In this document: positions 36,060-49,391 of the stretch, piece after piece | Numbering within the stretch: the stretch's first letter is position 1 | How the letters are laid out: the number at the start of each line of letters is the position of its first letter | Source of the DNA: Felis catus | Lineage: Eukaryota | DNA: 64,000 bases | Direction: 5' to 3' | Assembly: GCF_018350175.1 (NCBI RefSeq) | Contig: NC_058368.1 | Location: 115,880,001 to 115,944,000, forward strand | Notes under the pieces: model-generated | What the model was told of the DNA's origin: nothing | What the model saw: only the letters and a program-made list of their open reading frames with translations | Databases searched by the model: none | Program-made: the position numbers and the translations under genes

Positions 36060-38620
36060 TGTTTTAACACAATAAGCACTCATAATCCACCACCTAAGGT
36101 GAAAGCTAGGAACTTGACGATGACCTTTGCTAACCATTTAGGTCCCCAGACGACCAATCTCCTTACCTCTTCCCATGCCAGGCAGCCATCATCCTGAATC
36201 CTCATTCCTTTGCTTCCCTTTTTATGTAGTGTTGCTTCATCTATAAGAATTGCTAACTATGCCTATTTTTATGAAAGTTATTTCTAATTTAAAGAAAAGA
36301 ACATCACGTGGCATGCAATATTTTTTGTACTTCCAGTATTCTGCTAAGATTCATGCATATTGTTGGACGTCACTATAGTTCATTCATTTGCACTGCTGTC
36401 TAATATTCCATAGTGTTTATAGACCTAGTTTATCCAAAGTGTAAGACTTTCACGGTTTTTATTATTATAAACAATACAGTCTGGCCCGTGTCCCTCATTG
36501 GATACGTGCTCTTGGATACATTCCTAGGAGTGGAATGTCTGCGTTATAGGCTATGTGAATGTTTAACTTTTCACCAGTTTAAACTTCCATCAGCAAGTTT
36601 GAAGATCCTGTGGCTGCAATTGCTTTCCAACCCCTGGTATTAGAAGATTTCTCACTTTTTGCCAATCATCTGGGTGCTAAAATTTTCTAGTTATACTCTT
36701 AATTTGTACCTCCCCAATCACTCACAACGTGAACATCTCCTTACGTTTTTAGGGATCTTAAGTGTTTCCTGTTCTGTGAAATTCTTGTTATTTCATTTGC
36801 CCATTTTTAAAAATTGGGTTATTTGTGCTTTTCTTATTAATTTGTTGGAATGGTTTTTTACGTATTCCTGACACTAATCCTCTGCTGGTTATGTGTGCAG
36901 CAAATATCTTTTCCCAGTCTGTAAGTTGTCTTTTCGCTTTCTTTAACATGTCTTTTGACATATAAAAATTCTTAATATTACTATGGCCAAACTTGCCTAC
37001 TTTTATTTTGTAGTCAATATTGTTTGTGTCTTATTTAAAAATCTTTCCTTACTCGAATTCTAAAAGATAATCACCTACGTTACCTACTAAGAGGCTTAAA
37101 GTTGTGGGGATTTTTTTATATTTCAATCTTTAAACCATCTGGAGTTGATGTTTTGCATATGGTGTAAGGCAGGCATCCAATTTCACCTTTTTGCATATGC
37201 ATTTTTTTCAAGTTCCATTTATTATATAGTTTTTTAAATTTTCCTACTGATTTGACATTCTACTTCTGTTATATGCCAGAGTTCTCTATCTATGTGAGTC
37301 TGGTTCTGAGCCCTCTAATCTCCTTTATTGGTGGATTTGTTTATTCTCATGCCAAGACCACACTGTCTTGATCACCTTGGCTTCCTACTGAGTTCTGGTA
37401 TCTGGCAGAGCAAGTCTTTTCTCTCTACTTGGTCTTCAAAATTTCAGAATCCCTGTCAAATAACAGGAAAAACCCTGTTGGGGTTTTCATCGGAATGTGT
37501 AGGTCAGATAGAGGAGAACGGAAGAAGTTGCCATCTTTACGGTATTAAGTTTTCCTATCTGTGAGTGTAGTATCTCCCTCCATTTAATTAGTTCTCCTTT
37601 GAATACCTCTTCATGGCATACTTCTTTTTTCTCCCGTGAAAGATGTGTACACCTTTTGTTAAGTTTATTCTTAAGTATTTGATTTTCTTTGATGGTATTT
37701 TTTTTTAAGTTTATTTATTTATTTTGGGGGGAGGGGAGAGAGCACATGTGAGCAAGAGAGGGGCAGAGAGAGGAGAGAGAATCCCAAGCAGCCCAAGGCA
37801 GGCCTCGAACACACAAACCATTAAGATCATGACATAAGCCGTAACCAAGAGTGGGACACTTAACCCCCTGAGCCACCCAAATGCCCCTCTCTGACGGTGT
37901 TTTTAATGCAACTTCTCTTTATGTTTTCTAGCTTGTTGTTGGTATAAAGAATGCAAATTACTTTCACATATTAATCTTACATCAACTTAACTGGCTAAAT
38001 TCTATTCTGAATTCTAATAATTTTTCTCAATATTCTAATAAATTTTCTAAATATTGTTTGGGGTTTTCTATGCAAATAATGACACATCATGCAAATAATG
38101 ACTGTTTTATTTGCTCTCTTCTAATTCGTATGCCTCTCACTTCTTTTTCCTGAATTTTTGTGCTGGTGATAACGAGCATATATGCTTTGTTCCTAGTTTT
38201 AAAATGAATTCTTCTAACATTTCCCTAAATGGGGAAATGTTTGCTGTAGTATTTTTATAGTAACTCTTATCTGGTGGAAAAACTTCCCTTTCATTCCAGT
38301 TTATCAGGAATAGTTGCTGAGGTTTTTTTTAACTTTTTTTTTATAGCTACAGTAACACAAATATAGAAAGCAGCACAAAACAAATATACAGTTTAGTTAT
38401 TATAAGATTAACACCTCTGTAACCACCATTCATGAGAGGAGACAAAACCAGCCACCCAGAAGCCCCCCATGTATCTCCTCTGTTTATAAGCCCTTGCCTC
38501 TTCCTACCTAAGAGAAACGGTTCTCCTGACTTTCTGGTAATCACTTCCTTACTCTTTGAGAGGCAGTTTTAGCACCAAAACCTGAATCTCTAAACACTAT
38601 AGTTTAGTTTTACCTAATTT
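36060..38620 (-). mobile_element. Old L1ME/HAL1-type antisense remnant
   Basis: T-rich antisense L1 DNA 'taatcctctgctggttatgtgtgcagcaaatatcttttcccagtctgt' and 'tgcaaataatgactgttttatt'. Confidence 0.7.
37698..37887 (-). mobile_element. SINEC-type SINE with internal deletion
   Basis: Antisense body 'gagagaatcccaagcag..gagccacccaaatgcccc'. Confidence 0.9.
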
Positions 38621-38639
38621 CTTTTCATCTTTTTTTAAT

Positions 38640-39110
38640 TTTTTTTATTAGGACTTTACCTTTTAGAGCAGTTTTTAGGGTCACAGCAAAATTGAAGGGA
38701 AGGTACAGAGAGTTCCCATATGCCCCCTGACTCCACAAATGCACAGCCTCCCCACTATCAACATCCTCCACCAGAGTGGTCCATTTGTCACAAGTGATAA
38801 ACCTACCCTGACATATCATTATCACTCAGAGTCTATAGTTTACATTGTGGATCACTCTTGGTGTTGTATATCCTACGTTTGGACAAATGTATCATGATAG
38901 GGATCCATCATTATGGTATTACACACAGTATTTTCACTGCCTTAAAAATCCTCTGTGCTCCGCCTATTCATTCTTTCCCCTACAACCCCTGGCAACCACT
39001 GATCTCTTTATTGCCTCCATGGTTTTGCCTTTCCCAGAATATCATATAGCTGGGACATATAGTATGTAGACTTTTCAGATTGGGATCTTTCACTTAGTAA
39101 TATGCATTTA
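38640..39110 (-). mobile_element. L1MC1/L1MC2-type 3'UTR
   Basis: 'ttttagagcagttttt..cacagcaaaattgaagggaaggtacagagagttcccatat..cccctggcaaccactgatct'. Confidence 0.85.
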
Positions 39111-39115
39111 CCTAA

Positions 39116-39307
39116 TTAAAAACATTTTTTTAATGTTTATTTTTGAGAGAGAGCATGAGCAAGGGAGGGGCAGACAGAGAGGGAGACACAGAATCCGAAG
39201 TCTGAGCTGTCAGCACAGAGCCCCATGCGGGGCTCGAACTCACAAACTGCTGCGAGATCATGACCTGAGACAAAGGCACCCAACCGACTGAGCCACCTAG
39301 GTGCCCC
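39116..39307 (-). mobile_element. SINEC_Fc-type SINE
   Basis: Antisense copy with small deletions. Confidence 0.9.
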
Positions 39308-39509
39308 TCCCTAATTTTTAAATATGTCTTAATCCTTATCCCCCTATCTTGTCATCTACTCAGTGAAGACACCAGATGATTTATTGTGTGTTGTTTCCTC
39401 CGGTTGGGTGTTGATTTTTATCAAAAGTTCTCTTTGAATCTAACAAAATGATTATGTAGGGTGTTTGTCTCTCTTTTAATCTGTTAATGAGATAAAAATT
39501 ACGTTTACA

Positions 39510-40230
39510 GAAAGCAATATTCCTAAAACAGATCAGATCATGTCACATCCCTCCAACGGCTTCTCGGTGACCTTAGAATAGAATCCAAATTCTTGACCAT
39601 GGCCTACAAGGCCCAACAAGCGTCCTATCAAAAGTTCCATCTACATCTAACTCTCCGACTTCATACACAAATTTCCCTCTTTCTCCCTGCTGTTAGCCAC
39701 CGAGGCTTTCTCATGGCTCTTCAAACGTGCCAAGTTTATTCCCAAGCTTTGGTTCTTGTATTAGCTGTTCTCTCTTTCTGGAATGTTTTTCCCCTGATCT
39801 CTACATAGGAAGCTCCCCTGTCATTCTCATGTTTTTTTTTTTTAATAAGTTTTTTTAAAAATTATTTTGAGAGAGAGAAAGAGCGAGTGGGGCAGGGGCA
39901 GAGAGAAAGGGGGCGAGAGAGAATCCCAAGCAGGCTCTGCACTGTCAGTGTAGAGCCCAATGAGGGGCTCGATCTCATGACCCATGAGATTCTGAACTGA
40001 TCCAAAGTCAGATGCTTAACTGACTGAGCCACCCAGGTGCCCCTCATGTGTTTTCAATAACCCTTATCAGTATCTGCAATTAGTCTGTTCATTTGTTCAC
40101 TTTACTGTCCTATCCCCTTTATCTCAATCCACAACATAAGCTTCAAGCAAGCTTTGCTCACTGCTTTATTCCTACAGTCTAAACTGGTACCTGGCACTGT
40201 GTCCGTCCTCAATGAATATTTATTATGTCA
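39510..40230 (+). mobile_element. L2 remnant split by a SINE
   Basis: 'cagatcatgtcac..cttagaatagaatccaaattcttgaccatggcctacaaggccc' through 'ctcaatgaatattt'. Confidence 0.65.
39832..40043 (-). mobile_element. SINEC_Fc-type SINE
   Basis: Full antisense copy. Confidence 0.95.
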
Positions 40231-40339
40231 AGATTACACTACAGGAATTTATTGACAGGTAAAGATATTCAAACCATATTAAGCTAATCAAAGGAGTATG
40301 TATCCCTGATAAGATTTTGTTTTTTAAAAAAACACATCT

Positions 40340-40946
40340 GTAGGAATGCAAACTGGCACAGCCACTCTGGAAAACGGTATGGAGGTTCCTCAAAAAACTA
40401 AAAATAGAACTACCCTATGACCCAGCAATTGCACTACTAGGCATTTATCCAAGGGATACAGGTGTGCTTTTTCGAAGGGACACATGCACCCCCATGTTTA
40501 TAGCAGCACTATCAGCAATAGCCAAAGTGTGGAAAGAGCCCAAATGTCCATGGATGGATGAATGGATAAAGAACATGTGGTATATATACACGATGGAGTA
40601 TGACTCGGCAATCAAAAAGAATGAAATCTTGCCATTTGCAACTACGTGGATGGAACTACAGGGTATTATGCTAAGCAAAATTAGTCAGAGAAAGACAAAT
40701 ATATGACTTGACTCATGTGAGAAATTTAAGATACAAAACAGACGAACATAAGGGAAGGGAACGAAAGTAATATAAAAACAGGGAGGGGGACAAAACACAA
40801 GAGACTTAAATACGGAGAACAGAGGGTTACTGGAGGTGTTGTGGGGGGGGGGATGGACTAAAGGGGTAAGGGGCACTAAGGAATCTACTCTTGAAATCAT
40901 TGTTGCACTATATGCTGACTAATTTGGATATAAATTAAAAAAAAAA
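40340..40946 (+). mobile_element. 5'-truncated carnivore L1 (end of ORF2, 3'UTR, polyA)
   Basis: ORF 40464 '[60 protein letters not shown]'; TSD acacatctgta. Confidence 0.95.
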
Positions 40947-41580
40947 CACACATCTGTATGTGTGTCTGAATCTGAAGAGCCAAAATTCTCTTGGGACAGA
41001 AGCACAAAATTCTGTCATCTCTGGGAGAGTGACACTGTATCTATTACTGGCATTTATGTCCTTGTCTGTATTTTCTGGGTTTTCAAAATTTCTTTGACAA
41101 GCACATATTGTGTTTATTATAAGACAAAATAATAAAAGTAACCTTGTTATGATGAAAGGACAAGATTCTTTCCTTTAAAAAAAAATGCAGTCTAGTTAAA
41201 AGCCCATAAAAACCCCTCCAATACTCAAGAATCAGCTCCAGCCTATGGTACACGCCCTATACTGGGTGTCATCGGAACGCAAGGACCACATCTGTGTTGA
41301 TGTAGTCATAATATTCTGCCTTGTTCCAAAAAAATAAAAGGGAATTATGGCTCACAGGAAGGTCCCTCCCTTGTCACCTCTTCAGGGAGATGAGACATAC
41401 ACAGACCATAAAGTGAAGTCTTTGCAATTTGGTGGCTACGTCTCCCTCAGTTTCACATTCCCCCAGAACCTACCAAGGATGTGCCTGGACCACTGGTGCT
41501 CACTGAATAGTAGTTGAAATAAACAGTTTAGCATTTATGATATCGCAACGCGCGCCTGCGTAAAATGCCGAACAAAATGA

Positions 41581-41750
41581 GGAGTTGGTAGGTTTAATGG
41601 GTCTAGAGTTTCCATTTTGCCAGATGAAAAAAAAATATCCTAGAGATCTGTTGCATAACAATGTGAATAGACGTCACACTACTGAACTACACGTAGAAAC
41701 GGTTATGATGGTCAATTTTGCGACTTGGTTTTTATCACATAAAAAATATA
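41581..41750 (+). mobile_element. L1MB-type 3' end
   Basis: 'tttaatgggtctagagtttcc..gatgaaaa..ctagagatctgttgcataacaatgtgaat..actactgaact'. Confidence 0.8.
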
Positions 41751-41759
41751 TATATACCA

Positions 41760-41913
41760 GGGGCGCCTGGGTGGCTCAGTCGGTTAAGAGTCTGACTTCG
41801 GCTCGGGTCAGGACGGAGCCCGCTTCAGATCCTCCGTGTCCCTCTCTCTCTGCCCCTCCCCTGCTCTCGCTCTCTGTGTCTATCAAAAATAAATAAAAGC
41901 ATTTTTAAAAAAA
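41760..41913 (+). mobile_element. SINEC_Fc-type SINE with central deletion
   Basis: Head joined directly to 'cggagcccgcttcagatcctc'; B-box segment absent. Confidence 0.9.
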
Positions 41914-43132
41914 TATGCCAAAGAAAGCAGTACAGACTAGTACAGACAACAGTGCTAACGGCGTTTGGTCCGGGAGGGATCACTGTGCACGCGGGCGGTC
42001 TGGGAAGACTTGGGGAGGAAGGACTTAAGCAGGTCAGGGAAAGAAGAGTAAAGTGACTTCTGCAAAATGAGGGAGGACAATTCGGAGAGGAGGCCTACAG
42101 AGGACCCAGCATGCAAATGTACTGGGGGCCAGTGAATAAATGGCTCTGCTGAAGGCTTAAAAAGGTCACTAGTTGGAATAAGAGTGTGAAGGGTGGGGGG
42201 TTGGGTCAGAATGTGAAAGGCCTTTGGATGCCGGGCTGAAGCGTCTGGACTTGAGCCTAGAGGCAATGAGAAGAGACGGAAGGTTTTAGTTTGGGGAAAT
42301 GAGGTGATAAAAGGGGTATTTAAAAAATACTAATTAGCATTCAAATTAGAACATAGTACCCATTAATCTCAAACCTGCTGACAGGGAAGGAAAAGGAAGC
42401 ACCCAAGCTCCTAGCGTGACATTCAGATGACAGCTATTGCTGAGACAGACAGAGTCTAGACCAAATAGGTCACCTGAAGGAGCTTTTCAGGGAAGAGACC
42501 CTGTCCCACGCTGCTACTGCAAAAAGATGGATTCTATCACTCTTGTCTCATAACCTTTTCCCACAGAGGCTCACAATCTCAGAAGCGCCTTTTTCTTCCC
42601 AGCACTGTAATTAGCTAGACGGTGGGTAGCAGTGATTTCCTGGCTAAAGTATAAAGTATGAAGAAGGCCAGATTTAAAAAACACGGCTCCCACATATGCC
42701 CACAGGGCAACCCAGCCTGAGCTGCTGTGTGCCTAGGAAATACACGAGTTTCCATAACCAGAAGGAACACTTAGAGCTTCTTCCCAGGCGTGTGCTCTCT
42801 GAACAGGAGATAAGAGGGCGACCCAGTGCCCCCCATCCTTGGCCAGCTACCGTGTCTTTGCAGGAACTGAAGACCAGAGTGAGCCAAGGGGCTGTCCCCA
42901 CAGAATAAGGGACATGTGACTCCACTGGATCTGTCCCCCCACAACTGTTATAGGACGTTCCAACTCTTTTCCCCAAAGAAAGGGAAAATGTCGGAAGTTA
43001 TATTATTTACAAGTTAATGCATACGCACCAAAAAACAGAAAATGGAGAAGCAAAACGAAGATTAATGAAACAGTCATGTTTTAGCATGTTATTATATTAA
43101 CAAATAGAAATGCACTCATACTGGACACACTA

Positions 43133-43336
43133 TTTTTTTTTTAAGTTTTATTTATTTTTGACAGAGAGAGTACTCATGCGAGAGAGGGAGGGGCAGAGAG
43201 AAAGGGGGACAGGGAATCCGGAGTGGGCTCTAGGCTGGCAGCAGCGAGCCCCATGTGGGACTCGAACTCACAAATTGTGAGATCATGACCTGAGCCGAAG
43301 TTGGACGCTCAACTGACTGAGCCCTCCAGGTGCCCC
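43133..43336 (-). mobile_element. SINEC_Fc-type SINE
   Basis: Antisense copy; TSD tggaca(c/t)actatttt. Confidence 0.95.
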
Positions 43337-44220
43337 TGGACATACTATTTTAGAACCGATTTTTTTTTTTTCACTGAGCAATCTACTGTGAATATTTTTG
43401 GATGTCAATAAATAGAATTCTACCAAAACAATGTGTGATGGTTGCCTGGTATTTCACAACATGGGAAATAGTAGAGACGACAGTCTGGTGAACCGATGTC
43501 TCTTTGATATTTCGGTTGTTCCCAGTTTGGGGCTACTATAAACAATGCTATGGCAAATATCTAGGAAATCAATAACCTCATCCCTACGATCCTAACATCG
43601 TTGTTGGTGGTGAATGTGTTAAAAATGTCCGGGAAAGTCCTACTCCAAGGATATCCTTGTAACACTTACTTTAAGAAAAGTGTGGGCCTTCAGGGACCTG
43701 ACTCAAATCTCATTTCTGCCAGGAAGGCTTTTCTTGTCCCTATCAATCCAAAGTGCTTCCTCTCCCTTCCAAGTGCTGTGATCTCCTGCTCAGCGGGTGT
43801 GCCCCTCCTTTGGCATTCAAAACCTGCCTGGCCTGATCTTCACCATGTGTCCTTGTCGCTCCAATTATACCAGAAGCTGCTTGAAGGCAGAGAACACATT
43901 GGGCACTTCTTTGTAGTCCCAAAATGATAACACCTGTGATTAGCACTCAATCATATTTGTTAAATTATTTCATTTAAAAGTCTGATGGGAAATGGTGAGG
44001 GGGAGGAGTGGTGGGATCTCTTATCATCTTAATCAGGATTTATGGGTAGTCATTGGGAATGAGGAACTAGATAAAGAGCCCACCTTTCTTTTGCCATCTT
44101 TTGCCCATCCTTTCTTTTGCTAGACCTCAGCGCCCTGACAGTGACCCGCCTCACCTCTTTGGCCCTAAACATTCAAAGGCTTTGACAACTCAAAGACCAG
44201 CAGGAATAAACAGAATAATC

Positions 44221-44445
44221 TTTTTGTTGTTGTTGTTGTTGTTGTTATTGTTTATTTATTTTTGAGAGAGAGAGAGAGAGAGAGACAGCATGAGCAGGGA
44301 AGGGACAGAGAGAGACAGAATCTGAAGCAGGCTCCAGGCTCTGAGCTGTCAGACAGAACCCAACATGGGCTCGACCTCACAGACCGTAAGATCATGACCT
44401 GAGCTGAAGTCAGTTGCTTAACCAACTGAGCCACCCAGGCGCCCC
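44221..44445 (-). mobile_element. SINEC_Fc-type SINE with tail converted to (GTT)n
   Basis: Antisense copy; TSD gaataatctt. Confidence 0.95.
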
Positions 44446-45711
44446 TGGAATAATCTTATAAAGACCATCTAATACATGGTTTGCCAGCACTGCTCTAAGG
44501 GTGTCTGTCTAAGCAGCAAGTCGCCTCCATCCCCAAACAGCACTTTCCATGCTTTTTAGTGAAGGGGGGAGAACAAACAGACCTGCCCCAAAGATTAAGG
44601 GACAGCACCACTGCCTAATCCTGGATGAAGGCCAGACACGGCACAGCTGCTCTGCCATGTGGGGCATCACATGCCAAACAGCAGAGAGAGATGGAAGCCA
44701 GCCCTTGGAGCAAGGGCTCAGTGGTCAGTGAAGATACCCTGCCTTTGCCCATGACAGACCTGGAATAAAGCAAACTCCCAGAAAAAGGTAGCAGGGGGAT
44801 CCTGTTCAGCGAGAAGGCAGAACTTCCAAGCAACAGCTCTCTCGAAACGGACCTGGGACCAAAGGATGCCAGGGGACAGGTCCAACCTGCTGAGGGGCCA
44901 AAGTTAACCCTCCTTCTTGGCACTCAGTTACTCAGAGCATTGTACCTACAGGTACACCTGGGAGTTTTTGTTAAACACCTGCTCTGCCCTAGACCTGGGC
45001 TAAGAGCAGTGAGTTAGGTCAGAAGTAAGGCACAGGCCTGTCCCCATAGAGCTACAGTCTGGCTAGAGGTCTGAAGTGAGACAATAAGGAACAAGATGCT
45101 GTGACTGTGTTGGTGGGCAGAGGCCAGGGGCGGAGGTGGGGAGTGGAAAGTCAGGAATTTGAGGAGGAAGTCAGGAGACCTAGGTTCTAGAGCTCTCTGC
45201 CGCCAGTGAAAAAATGACAGAGCTTTGGGTAAAGCACTTCACCTCTTTGGGCCTTTAGTTTCTATACTCAAAAAATGACACACTAATCTCAATGCTGCCC
45301 ACAAAAGAGCTAATAGGTCAGAACGTGGCTCTAAAAAAGCCTCAGAGTGCTGCAGAACGTCTTCATTGTGGTCAATACTTATATATTTAAACTGAACCAG
45401 AAGCCAAGAAAGCCTTTGGAAGGCCAGCCAGCCCTCTTTCTCGGGTACTCGCATACTGGTAAGGTTTCCTGGCAGACCAACCCCACGTCAGAGTCCCACA
45501 GTATCTACTTCATTGCCAGAGCCCCTGATAACCTCAAGATAACCTGCCGCCCCCCTTCTACTCTCCTCATCCTTGTCTCCCTCCAAGTCGGGTCTCTACC
45601 GGTGATGGGACAAGAAATGCAGAACTCAGTCACTGCGATGAAAAAAACCTCAATTTTCAGAAGGCCCAATTTGTGCTCTTGACAAGGCCGAAATAAGAAT
45701 AATGGTGAAGG

Positions 45712-45822
45712 GGAGGGAGGGGAGGGTGGGTGATGGGTAGTGAGGAGGGCACCTTTTGGGATGAGCACTGGGTGTTGTATGGAAACCAATTTGACAATAA
45801 ATTTCATATATTGAAAAAAAAA
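45712..45822 (+). mobile_element. Very short 5'-truncated young L1 (L1_Fc-type 3' end)
   Basis: 'gatgagcactgggtgttgtatggaaaccaatttgacaataaatttcatatatt' plus polyA; perfect 17-bp TSD aagaataatggtgaagg at 45695-45711 and 45823-45839. Confidence 0.92.
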
Positions 45823-45967
45823 AAGAATAATGGTGAAGGATTTCCGAATTTGGGGTAAGGGGTAAGAACATAGAAATGCAGGAATAGGGAAGATAGGTAG
45901 GGGAGATAAGACAAGGGAACGAATTGTTCAAACCAGTGAAACCAAGAAGGGTTCTAGATTTCTAAGT

Positions 45968-46435
45968 TGTAGCAGAGGCCGCTCAGGCTCCACATCACGC
46001 CCCCCTCAGCCCACCTCCGGTTTTTGCAGTCCTGTTCTGTGTGAGCTCAGATGTCCCTCCTGACGAAAGGGTCACACCTCAAGCACAGAGCTCCGTGGGA
46101 CCTTTTCTGACACATAAGGACAACGCTCATAAGGACAATGCTCAGTCAGTGGGGAATGGGAGCTGGTGGGTAGATGCTCCAGGTGTGCACCTGCCAGCTG
46201 ACAATTCCACGAGGCATCTGTGTGATTTCCAGAAAGCCCTGGAAGAACTGAGCCCCCAGTGCACATGGTAGGATCCCTAGTACTACACCCTCGTGTTGGC
46301 TCCCCCTGCTCCCCTGCCTCGTCCCCACTCAGGTCCTCCCTCATTCATGCTTTGTGGGATTTCCTCTCAAATAAACTATCCATGTCCAAGTCCTCACCTC
46401 AGATTCTGCTTTCAAGTGAAACCAAACCAAAAGCA
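45968..46435 (+). mobile_element. LTR16-like ERVL solo LTR
   Basis: Starts 'tgtagcag'; contains 'gggaatgggagctggtgggtagatgctcc'; ends 'caaataaactatc..tcctcacctcagattctgcttt..aaccaaaccaaaagca'. Confidence 0.75.
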
Positions 46436-46952
46436 TTAGGAGAGAATCTGGTGCTTTCAAGCTGGTTAGAGAGTTTTATGGTGACTTGGCATCTTTTATT
46501 CAAGGGATATGACACGTTACTCTGAAAAGCTTCCTCGTAATTAGTTCTTGGCTCGCTGCTCACCACCAGGTCTGGTTACTCAACTGGATGGAAGTCTAGC
46601 TCGCTAGACCACTGCCCTACCGAGGAAGGCTCACAAAAGGAAGGAAGGGCCCCAAAGTTTACTGGTGTTCTGTGCCTCTTTGGAATCATTATTCAGGAGG
46701 CAAGATTATTATACAACCTCAATTTCATCTCCCCCACTGCACACCGTCCCATGCGGAGCTCTGCCAAATATCACCCCCTCCTGGAAGAACCAACAGTCTT
46801 TTACAAGGAGCGTGATTTCATTTTGGAAAAAGGAGGAGAGTCGTAGGAGGGAAATCTCCCAGACTACATGGGAAATACATTCTGGGTGAGAACACTTTGG
46901 TGCGTCCCATTCAAGGAAGCCTGGGGAAAGACAACATGCACATGCGCCACAG

Positions 46953-46953
<1 letters not shown>

Positions 46954-47003
<50 letters not shown>
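46954..47003. repeat. (CA)n microsatellite
   Basis: Directly visible. Confidence 0.95.
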
Positions 47004-47004
<1 letters not shown>

Positions 47005-47176
47005 AAAAATACACATACAGGTATGCAGGAAAAGACGGTTATCAAAATATCAGCCATAGTTGTCCCAGAGTTAGGGGGATTATAGGTCACTCTTATCCTT
47101 TTCTTTATACTCTCATGTACTTTCTATAATGAATGTGTAACACCCTTAAGTCTTTAATTATAAAAGAATGATGTTT

Positions 47177-47344
47177 GGGGCACCTGGGTGGCTCAGTCGG
47201 TTAAGCGTCTGACTCTTGATTTCACCTCAGGCCATGATCTCACAGTTCGTGAGTTCAAGCCTCACATCAGGCTCCGGATTCTCTGTCCCTCCACCTCTCT
47301 CTCTCTCTCTCTGCCTCCCCTCTCAAAAATAAATAAAAAAAAAA
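47177..47344 (+). mobile_element. SINEC_Fc-type SINE with internal deletion
   Basis: Head, B-box, CT run and A tail. Confidence 0.92.
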
Positions 47345-48892
47345 TGACCCTTGTCCCTTCCACACTCTATCTGCAGAGCCCTAAACATGACCTATAAATG
47401 TCCACAGATTTGATAAGGGGATAATCTGGGACAACAGCAGATTCCAAATCTTGTGCTGGGAGGTTCTTAGACAAGAGATGTGGAAACACAAAATAGTCTC
47501 ATTTATCAAGCACTTCCTCCCTCAGTAACTTGGACTCTCAGAGGAAGTGAGGCACAGAAATACGAGTCAATTGCCCACACACCTCTGTGCCTGAACTTTG
47601 ACCTTCACTGTCCTCTGCACCTTGCTTTTCAGCGTCCCCTGCTGAAGAGACTTGGGGGCATGAAGCTTGGCCTTCTCGTCCCCCCAGGCACTTGGGACCT
47701 GCTGAATGGTGAGGGGCCTGAAGGGCAGCAGTCAGGGAGCCAGGGAGCCCCTGAACCAAGCCAGTTGTTAAGTAGGCGTGAAAACCCATCAGCTGGAAAC
47801 AACGAAGGCGGCAGGCAGGCGGAATGATTCTGGGTGAAGGAACATTGTAAATGTTGTCACCCAAAATAGAGCTGAGCTGAACTTGGCTCCCAGGCACTGC
47901 AAGCCTCCTTCCTGCTCCCTGTTGGCTCCCTTCCGAGGCCCTGGAGATGCTCCCCAGTCGCCACACCTCCTCCTGCCTGCTGCCAGGATTGGCTTGTTTC
48001 TGCCTCTCCTCGAACCTGGAGACAGTGGGCAGAGCAGCAGCTCCAACCTAGGGCTCATGGAGTCAGCCGGAGGACAGGCTCAGATCCCCCTGGCTCAGCA
48101 ACCATACGGACTCTACAGCCAGACAGTGGGAACTCAGGTCAGAGCAGACCTACCAGGATGACAGCGTGGAGCTCTCCCATCACCTCTACCCCTCACCACT
48201 CTCGCACCCTCAACCTCCAGCCCTGCCCTGTGTGCTGTGAACCATCCAGTCCCCCAAGTCAGAAGGCTCAGCATTACCTTCAATAAAGCCTTCTCTCTTG
48301 CCCCCACAGGTAATTATTCACCTAGATGTATGACTCCCCCTTCAAACTGGCTCTCTAATCCATTTCTTTTTTACACTTTCTGTTGTGCTTTGGGCTTTGT
48401 CATCTTTCCCAGATTACTACAGGAGCTTCCTAACTGTCGCCCCTACCTTCAGTCCTCTCCGTCATCAGATGTGCTCCAACCTCACAGGGTACCACGGCAA
48501 TCGCCTCTTCAAATGCTTTTTGAGGGCTCCTCCCCACCTAAAGAATGAAGTTCAAACCCTTGAACATGGCACTCAAGGTCCTTCCCCACCTCTCTGTGAC
48601 CCACTTTGCTAGCCTTGTCTTCTGCCTCTTCTGCACCTTCACACCCCATGTCCTAGCTACACGAGACCTCTCAGATTCCCCCGAATTTTCTAGAGCCAAA
48701 GTGTTAGAGTGAGACCTTACATGAAGCCTGCGGCTTCTGGTCTTGCTGATGAACTCCCCCACCCCCAACACTGCTGTACTTCTGGTGGTGTCTATACCAT
48801 TTATTGGGCACTTGGCTCATCCAGTTGGGTGGAGCTTGTGTTCCTTTGGGTCATCACCACTAAGCTAGAAGAGCTTAAAAGAAGAAATTGTC

Positions 48893-49113
48893 GGGGAGCC
48901 TGGGTGGCTCAGCTGGTTAAGTATCTGACTTCGGCTCAGGTCATGATCTCGTGGTTTATGGGTTCCAGCCCTGCATCGGGCTCTGTGCTGTCAGTTCGGA
49001 GCCTGGAGCCTGCTTCGGATTCTGTGTCTCCCTCTCTCTCTGCCCTCCCCCACTCGTACTCTGTCTTTCCGTCTCTCTCAAGAATAAGTGAACATTAAAA
49101 AAAAAATTTTAAA
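48893..49113 (+). mobile_element. SINEC_Fc-type SINE
   Basis: Full copy; TSD aaagaagaaattgt. Confidence 0.95.
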
Positions 49114-49391
49114 TGAAAGAAGAAATTGTTTTCTATATTCGTTTGCCCCTGTACCCACCACTGTGCCCTATACTTTATAGTATTTCATATACATTCTCAG
49201 CTTACGATGATGATACCATTAGTCATCTGTTCACACACGGGTATCTTATTACCCCAACCGAATTATAAGCAACTTGAAGTTATAGGCCATTTCTTAAATT
49301 TCTTTTTATCTGCTTAAACACATAGCAGAGTGCCTTGGGTACCTCAGAAAGTGACTGATAAACACATAGCCCAGTTATAAAAGCAGATATT

